Assembly (NCBI GenBank): GCA_951406725.2
Contig: OX597827.1
Location: 2,046,001 to 2,110,000, forward strand
Origin: Octopus vulgaris
Lineage: Eukaryota
Direction: 5' to 3'
Length of the DNA stretch: 64,000 nt
The notes below the pieces were generated by a model. The model saw nothing but the letters and a program-made list of their open reading frames with translations, had not been told where the DNA came from and did not search any database. The position numbers were made by a program, and so were the translations under genes. The number at the start of each line of letters is the position of its first letter. Position 1 is the first letter of the stretch. Positions 55,950 to 64,000 of the stretch are shown piece by piece.

Positions 55950-56260
55950 AATGAGCATTAAACTTAAGCTAGAGGAAGGTAAGCTCCCGGTAGAGCCTCC
56001 CATGGTGGAAAGGTCAAAGAATAAAGACCAGAATGACTTGGGCCACCGCTCCTCAGAGATAAAAAAATGGGTCTGCGTAGTGCTAACATACCTATCTAGA
56101 AAAAAAAAGAAAGAATTCAGCAGCATCGATAACGGTTCAAAACCAACAAGAACTGGGAGGGAAAGCCCTCACCCACTCGTCAGAGAAACATATGACACTG
56201 TGTTGCAAAATCGAAAAAATGACCAACATCTTGCATTATCTACCAGGCCCTGACCAGGAG
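55950..56260 (+). mobile_element. Possible RTE 5' UTR remnant
   Basis: ggtagagcctcccatg...aggtcaaag...accaga...ctcctc...gggtctgcgtagtgctaacatacctatc recalls RTE 5' UTRs. Confidence 0.35.
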
Positions 56261-56484
56261 TCCATAAGGCAGGCGGAAGAGCGGACGCCCTAAAAATAGC
56301 TGGAGTCGGGATACTGACGAAGTGGTGAAAATGTAGGGATCCAACTGGAGAGAAGGTGAATAGACAGCCTCAAGTTGAGAAGTGTAGAGAAAAGTCACTG
56401 ATGACTATGCCCCATTCGAAATGGTAAGATCGAGTGAAACGAGCGTTCGTAAGTGGTCAGTTACTAATTGTTTACTAAATTCAA

Positions 56485-56812
56485 GTGAAGGCGCATGGCA
56501 CAGGGGTTTGAGTGTCAGACTCATAATCATGAGACAGTGAGTTCGATTCTCTGATTGGGCCGTGTGTTGTGTTCTTGAGCAAGACACTTCATTTCACGTT
56601 GCTCTAATTCACTCAGCTGTGGAGATGAGTTGCGACTTCACTGGTGCCAAACTCTACCGTCCTTTGCCTTTGCCTTGGATAACATCACTGGCGTGAAGAG
56701 GGGAGGATTGCATGCATGGGCGACTGGTGGTCTTCCATATACAACCTTGCCCGGACTTGTGTCTCAGAGGGAAACTTTCTAGGTGCAATCTCATAGTTAT
56801 TCATGACCCTTT
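56485..56812 (+). mobile_element. tRNA-derived SINE sharing head/body with the third family but with a different 3' half
   Basis: gtgaaggcgcatggc...gagttcgattc...gtgttcttgagcaagacacttcatttcacgttgctc; related heads at 53146-53345 and 53541-53700. Confidence 0.75.
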
Positions 56813-56934
56813 ACTCTTTCCTAAATTCAAAGAAGCGTTAAATTGGGGTTACACCGCTACTGACACCGTTAAAGTGTTATCACTGCTGAAACACGGATAT
56901 CATAGACTGTCATAGGAATGAATGTTTTACCATT

Positions 56935-57131
56935 CGTTTGTTTCACTCATTCAATTGTGGTCATCCTGGGGTGCCACCTAAAAGGGCTTAATAGAAAGAA
57001 ATAGATCCCGTTTCTTCTGGTACTTAATTTATCGAGCTTTTGTCGAACGACTATGTTGCGGGGGTATTCAAAGAAACCAAACCCAGTCGTCAAGCGGTGC
57101 TGTTAGCAACAACCACAAAGACAAAGAAACT

Positions 57132-57179
<48 letters not shown>

Positions 57180-57402
57180 CACACACAAGCACGCACACAC
57201 AAGCACGCACACACACACATATGCACATACTCACACATGTACGAGTAGCTTCCACACAGTTACCATATTCCCTTATCATATTCACTCACAAGACATTGGT
57301 CAACCCAAGCTATAGTGGAAGAAACTTATCCAAGGTGCTCCAAGTGGAATTGAACTCGAAACCATGGGATTGGCAATGTGAGCTTCTTAACCACGCAGCC
57401 AT
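56935..57402 (-). mobile_element. CORE-like SINE, diverged
   Basis: Same organisation; other diverged copies at 51062-51225(+), 51950-52110(+), 60305-60600(-) and 61266-61410(+). Confidence 0.7.
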
Positions 57403-57474
57403 ACCTATGATAATGTTTTTTTCAACAACCACTCTTGCATCACTTGATATAACGTGGTCTTCTGGATCTGAAGG

Positions 57475-57678
57475 GTGAGCCTTTACGTAGCTAATCGACG
57501 TGCTAGAAATAGTAACCATGCCTCCCCTGAAATGATACAATAAATTCTTACGAAAAAGGAATCGTCGATTAATGTACTCATGGGTGTTTTTTTTTACAAA
57601 GAAACAAACGTAAGATGATGGTCACAATTGGAATGGATTTGATCACAGCTATGCAGGTTCAAGCCTGACCTGGATTTC
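57475..57678 (+). repeat. Unclassified interspersed repeat (SINE-like 3' part)
   Basis: gctagaaatag...gatggtcac..tggaatg..tttgatca..gctgacctgg motifs recur at 16535-16660, 17345-17497, 21790-21835, 44580-44665 and, inverted, at 19968-20030 and 60145-60210. Confidence 0.6.
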
Positions 57679-57847
57679 AGTAGCAAAAAAACAGGTGGCG
57701 ATGGTGGTAGCGGTGGTGATGGTGTGATGGAGGTAGAGGTAGTGGTTGTGGGGCTGCTGCTGCTGCTGCTGTTGCCGCTGCACTACTACTACTACTAGTA
57801 GTAGTAGTAGTAGAAGCTGCTGCTACTTCAAATATTGAAATATATGA

Positions 57848-57912
<65 letters not shown>

Positions 57913-57913
57913 C

Positions 57914-57952
<39 letters not shown>

Positions 57953-58014
57953 ATATATATATGTGTATATGTATATATGTGTATATATATATATACATAT
58001 ACACACACACACAC

Positions 58015-58051
<37 letters not shown>

Positions 58052-58431
58052 CATATACATATACATATATATTATGAATAACAGAAATACATACGTACAA
58101 ACACACCCACACGCACATAAACACACAGACACACCCACAAGCTCTCACACACACACACACACACACACACAAACACTCGTGTATTACAATAAAAAATATT
58201 GAATTATCTCGTAATTATAACGGAGCATTTTGAATTTACAGGAATTTTGTCTTGCAACTCTCCTTTCAATATAATTCTCGCTGAAGATTCTACTAGACAT
58301 GGAACTACATTTTGGATAAAGACACTTCACAAATTTTTGTAAAATATTATCATCTACTTCAGGTTATTGAGGTTTTCCGCTTTGTGACATAAAATATATT
58401 AAATATATAATGCTTGTACTGTTTGGAGTAC

Positions 58432-58527
<96 letters not shown>

Positions 58528-58716
58528 GTCTGTCTGTCTGTCTGTCTGTCTGTGTGTCTAGCTATCGACCTACCTATCTGTCTATGCCTCTGTCTGCCTC
58601 TCTCTGTCTCTCTCTCTTACTCTGTACTCACAGACACACAAGCAAACACACATGTAGCGCATGTATGTATCTATGAATTCATGTATGTATGTATATATAT
58701 GTATACGTATATATGT

Positions 58717-58823
<107 letters not shown>

Positions 58824-58851
58824 CATATATATATAATATATATATATACAT

Positions 58852-58911
<60 letters not shown>

Positions 58912-60949
58912 TATATATAAACATATATACATATATATAATAGAGATATATAAGCATACATTTTATTAAATTCCTTCTTAAATTGAAATGTCTTAGACTT
59001 ACTTCTGTGCTATTTCCACTTACATCTTTTATATATAAAAATTTGATTTGTATAGATCTCTAACCTTTTTCACCTATACATATATATACATATGTCTGTC
59101 AATCTGCCTGTCTCTTGCTTTGTACTCACAGACACAGACATATATAGTATACATCTATGTATCTCTGAATTCATGTATGTATGCATGTATGTATATATAT
59201 ATATGAGCTCACACATGCATCCATTTCCATAGTAACAAACACACATATATGCACAAATAATTATATACGTACGTAACTGCATATATGTTCACACGTTAGT
59301 AAACATACGTTGTTACATGTGTGTGTATACATGCATATTCCCCGCGCTGATATATACATGCAATTATGTATCTATATGTAATATACATACATATACATAA
59401 ACACACACACACGCTCACACACACACATATATATACACTCACATAGACACATAGCTTTATACATGGATTATAAGCCACACGTAGTATTTGTACATATATC
59501 TATATTTAAGAGTATATAAATAATTATATGTATGTATATGTACTCATATATATATATACACATACATATATATATACATACACATACACACACATACACA
59601 CACACACACAAAATCTCAACTAATCAACACTATATTGTTAACTGCACTATTTACAATCTGAAGATAGGACACTCGTGCTGGAAGTCAAAGCAAAAGGAAA
59701 AAAAAAACAAATAATGTGTCACGTATATAGCTGAAGGGATTTTGTATTCCTCCAATATATTGTGCCATTGTTTACAAGAATATACACCTCTCCAGGCACG
59801 CGGCAAGCCATTGTATACACACATACATGCATGAATAATGGGGTGTCGTCTTTCAACCCGTTTGTCTCGCTGTACCCTATTTAACTGCTTGACTGCTTCG
59901 TAACTGAAACAGCAGAAATGAATGGAAATTCTGCTTCAACGCCTCTCTCAACGCACCTCTCTCTCACACACACACTCTTACATCGCTCTTTAACTGATCA
60001 CGCACGTGCACATCCATTCCATACCTACATAAATACTTCTTATTGTCTTTAACTCCGTGTGTGCCCTGTTACAGCATTGCGTCTTTTTGGTAATAAGTAG
60101 GCCTATATTATGAAACTTAACCATCCTTATTTGAGACAGCAGCGGTTTAATTGAGGACGATTTGCCTGCTACTTCTAACGTGTTAAACGCCCAAGTACAG
60201 GCTCCACTGTCGATACATTTTCCATATTCACTAGATTTAGGGGTGGTGCAGATTTTTTTCTTTTCTTTTATATTTTCTTTTACGCGTTTCTTTTCCATGC
60301 TTCATTGAAGGGTTTTCGTCGAACATCTGGAAACCGGTGCTAATTTTCAAAGACTGGTACTTATTCTACCAATCTCTTTTGTCGAACGCAAACAAACCAC
60401 CACCGCTTGTCAAGCGACGGTGAGGGAAAAAAGTTATTCAGAAATATGTATGTATATACCATGGCATTCAATAGTTTCCACCAACATAAACCACTCACAT
60501 GACACTGGTTAGCCCAAGGCTATAGTAGATGATGTCAAGCCAAGGAATTGAACCCAACACTACATGGTCACAAAGCGAGCGCCTTCACCACAAAATCATG
60601 AACAGAAATTCTTGTCAATAATTGACTAAAAATGTTTTTCTTTTCCGATACACGTTCAGAAATATCCCCCGTTAATTTTTATTCACGTTTCGCTTTGATC
60701 TAAGTTATATATTAGACAATTACTATTGTTGTATCTGTTTGTTGTAGATTGTGTATGATGCAAATGTACATACGTTGTGTTTTTAGTTATATTAAAATTG
60801 TTATTATATATCCTTTGGTATACACACACACACACACAGACACACCCTTATATATATTTTTTTATCTGTCTATGTGTAAATACAAATGTATGTATATATG
60901 TATATATATGTAGGTAAGTATATTTTATATATATATATGTGTGTGTATA

Positions 60950-60991
<42 letters not shown>

Positions 60992-61083
60992 ATATATATT
61001 ATACATATATTATTGCGGCGTACGTACACCTTGTTCTTTTATATATATATATCTGTATACATAAATCTATACATATCCATATA

Positions 61084-61154
<71 letters not shown>

Positions 61155-61432
61155 ATATATATATATATGACACACATACATACATACACATACATACATA
61201 CATACATACATACATACATACATACATACATACATACATACATACGTATGTGCAAGTATGTATGTCATTAAGAAGCTCGCTTTGCAACCACACCATTCTA
61301 GGTTCAGTTCTACTGCACAGCACCTTGTGCAAAAGACCTTTCTTATAGCGCCGGGCCGACCAATGTCATTTGGGGGAATCTTGAAGACAGAAACTGTGTA
61401 AAAAGCCACAGATACACACCTACATGCACAAG

Positions 61433-61510
<78 letters not shown>

Positions 61511-62041
61511 TTAAGATAGATAGATAGATAGATACACACACACGCGCGCACACGCACAAATACACATAAACAGATATGCACACACACACACACACATATA
61601 TATGCTTATATATATATTTATACACATATATACACATACATAAATCACAGTAATAGATACGATCTCATGTTAGTTGATGTTAATAATATATTAAAACATT
61701 ACGTTTTCTCACCATTTTTAATTTTGTGACCATGTTTTGTGTTTTGTCCATATTTCGCATATTCTTTATATTTCATATTCGTGTACACATACGCATGCGT
61801 AAGCATAAGTGTTTGCATGTATTCAGTTTGTTTCTTTCAGTTCAGTGTGTGTGTGTGTGTGTGTAACATTTGTATTTATTTGTGTTAGTTTGTGTGTTAC
61901 TGTAAATATTTATATATGTGTGTGTTCGTGAGCTGAAATTTAGTGTCTCAAACGCTTTGTGTGTAATACCGTCGACCATTTTGAAAGAAAGCAGATTGCT
62001 CTGCTTCAACCTCTCTCTTTTTCTCTTTCCTTCCACACGCG

Positions 62042-62115
<74 letters not shown>

Positions 62116-62659
62116 TCTAACTAAATAACTGTCTATGATTTACAAATATTTTTATTTTTTGTTCTGCTTTGATTTGTTTCATTTCGTGAACATCTTTGGC
62201 GTCATCACGGAGATAACGCAACAGTAGAATTAGAAAATAACTAAACAAACACGCAAACACACACACACACACACATACATACATATGTGTATATATATAG
62301 AGAGATTTGTATAACATTAAATGAATAAGTAATGAATATATGCAATATATAAGAACTATAAAAAAAGAAGCGAGTATTGAACAGATGTAAGAGAGATCAC
62401 AGGAATGTGACGAAAGCCTTTGATACACATAAGCGAAATAATGAAAGAATAATTAGCATATCTGTTAGGAAATGTTAGAAACAGTGAGTCGTATATAGAA
62501 TTAATAATAAACATAATAATAAAAAAGGAATGTTTTATTTGCCACCGTGCCGAACACGTGAGAACACTAATATGACACACTACAAACAACAAGTATATAT
62601 TATACGTGTATATGTGTGTGCGTGTGAGGGTGTATATACATTCATATATATATATATAC

Positions 62660-62690
<31 letters not shown>

Positions 62691-62699
62691 CATACATAC

Positions 62700-62731
<32 letters not shown>

Positions 62732-62779
62732 GTATGTATACATACATATATATGTATTTATATTTATATATATATGCAT

Positions 62780-62812
<33 letters not shown>

Positions 62813-63429
62813 CACACACACACATATATTTATACGTATATATGTACATGTATAGCATATGAGTGTATTCATGGAACATGATACGTGCGAATAATGAACG
62901 AAAATTAAACACTGCACTTACAAAATGCACGCGGTTCTGTGCTGGGTTGTGCTGTAAACACAAGTTAACAACAATAACAACAACAACCATAATAACTATA
63001 CTGATTTAAAATTTTGGCACGCGGCCACCAATTTCGAGAATGGGATAAGTCGATTGTGTCGACCCCAGTACTTGACTGGTACAAATTTTATCGACCCCCG
63101 AAAGAATTAAAAGCAAAATCGACATAAGCGGAGTTAGGACTTAGAACATTAAGAAGGACCGAATGCCCGGCGAACCAACGACTCTGCCAGCTCGCCGCCG
63201 GAGGTGCAAGACCACTGCATAAACTTTGGTACTTGACTGCTATTAATTTTAATTGACCCTGAAAGGGTAAAAAAACCAAAATCTACCTCGGCAGAATTTA
63301 AGTGCAAAGAATCGGAAAGAATTCTCCAAATATTTTGCTTTAAGTGTTAACAAGGGTGTCACCGAGCAACCTTTATAAGGATAACAATTGTAACAATTGC
63401 TCCTTCGATCGTTATAACAACAGTTATAC

Positions 63430-63600
63430 TCTTTACTCTTTTACTCTTTTATCTTGTTTCAGTCATTTGACTGTGACCATGCTGGAGCACCGCCTTTAGT
63501 CGAGCAAATTGACCCCCAGGACTTATTCTTTGTAAGCCTAGTACTTATTCGATCGGTCTTTTGCCGAACCGCTAAGTTACGGGAACGTAAACACACCAGC
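63430..63600 (-). mobile_element. CORE-like SINE 3' half, abutting an RLE element
   Basis: Near-identical to 27335-27495. Confidence 0.85.
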
Positions 63601-63614
63601 AATAAATGAAATAA

Positions 63615-64000
63615 AATGAAAGCACAACAGACCTGATATAATGATTTGGGATAGAGAAAAGAAACTGTGTACAGTTGTAGAAATTAGCTGCCCAGCGGAT
63701 GTTAACATAAAGATGAAGATCAGTGAAAAAGAGAACACCTATGCTGAACTATTGAGAAATTTACAGTTACTCAATCCAGCTAACAAGTTCAGGTACATAC
63801 CTGTGATTATCGGAGCCCTGGGATATGTAACACATTGCCTAAATACCAATCTTGAGAAATTAGGCTTCTCAAAACTAGAAAGGAGAAAAGGCTAATTCGT
63901 AGACTACAGTTCCAATCCATCACTGGAACTGTAAAAATCTGTAAAACTTTCCAGAAGATAATCACTTAAGTATATATGAGCATGTCTAGATACGCAACTA
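63615..64000 (+). mobile_element. RLE-type (R4-like) non-LTR element 3' fragment, different subfamily
   Basis: KHNRPDIMIWDREKKLCTVVEISCPADVN...KENTY..L...IPVIIGALG. Confidence 0.85.

Overview
AT-rich eukaryotic DNA saturated with microsatellites ((TA)n, (CA)n, (GATA)n, (AAT)n) and interspersed repeats. The SINE families and the protocadherin-type exons point to an octopus genome (inference). Almost every entry in the ORF track is a microsatellite artefact. The one well-supported host gene is the 3' end of a minus-strand cephalopod-type protocadherin: two phase-compatible cytoplasmic exons at 52179-52335 (DSGHGWSEG motif) and 47658-47962. Its ectodomain exon must lie beyond base 64000. A weaker three-exon candidate gene (MGC... 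start at 13438) lies further down the same strand. Mobile DNA comprises several tRNA-derived SINE families (CORE-like, Meta/MESC-like, V-domain), R4/Dong-clade relics tied to (TAA)n tracts, RTE and CR1/L2 fragments, a Chapaev3-like and a Tc1/mariner relic, a MITE and a Helentron-type non-autonomous element. The most unusual signal is a set of minimal type-I hammerhead ribozyme motifs in microsatellite-embedded, Penelope-like pieces. These include a young ~173-bp inverted repeat with an intact hammerhead on each strand (39369-39827) and a hammerhead with an enlarged stem II in the last protocadherin intron (48765-48848). All family assignments are by-eye pattern recognition; no database search or folding program was run.
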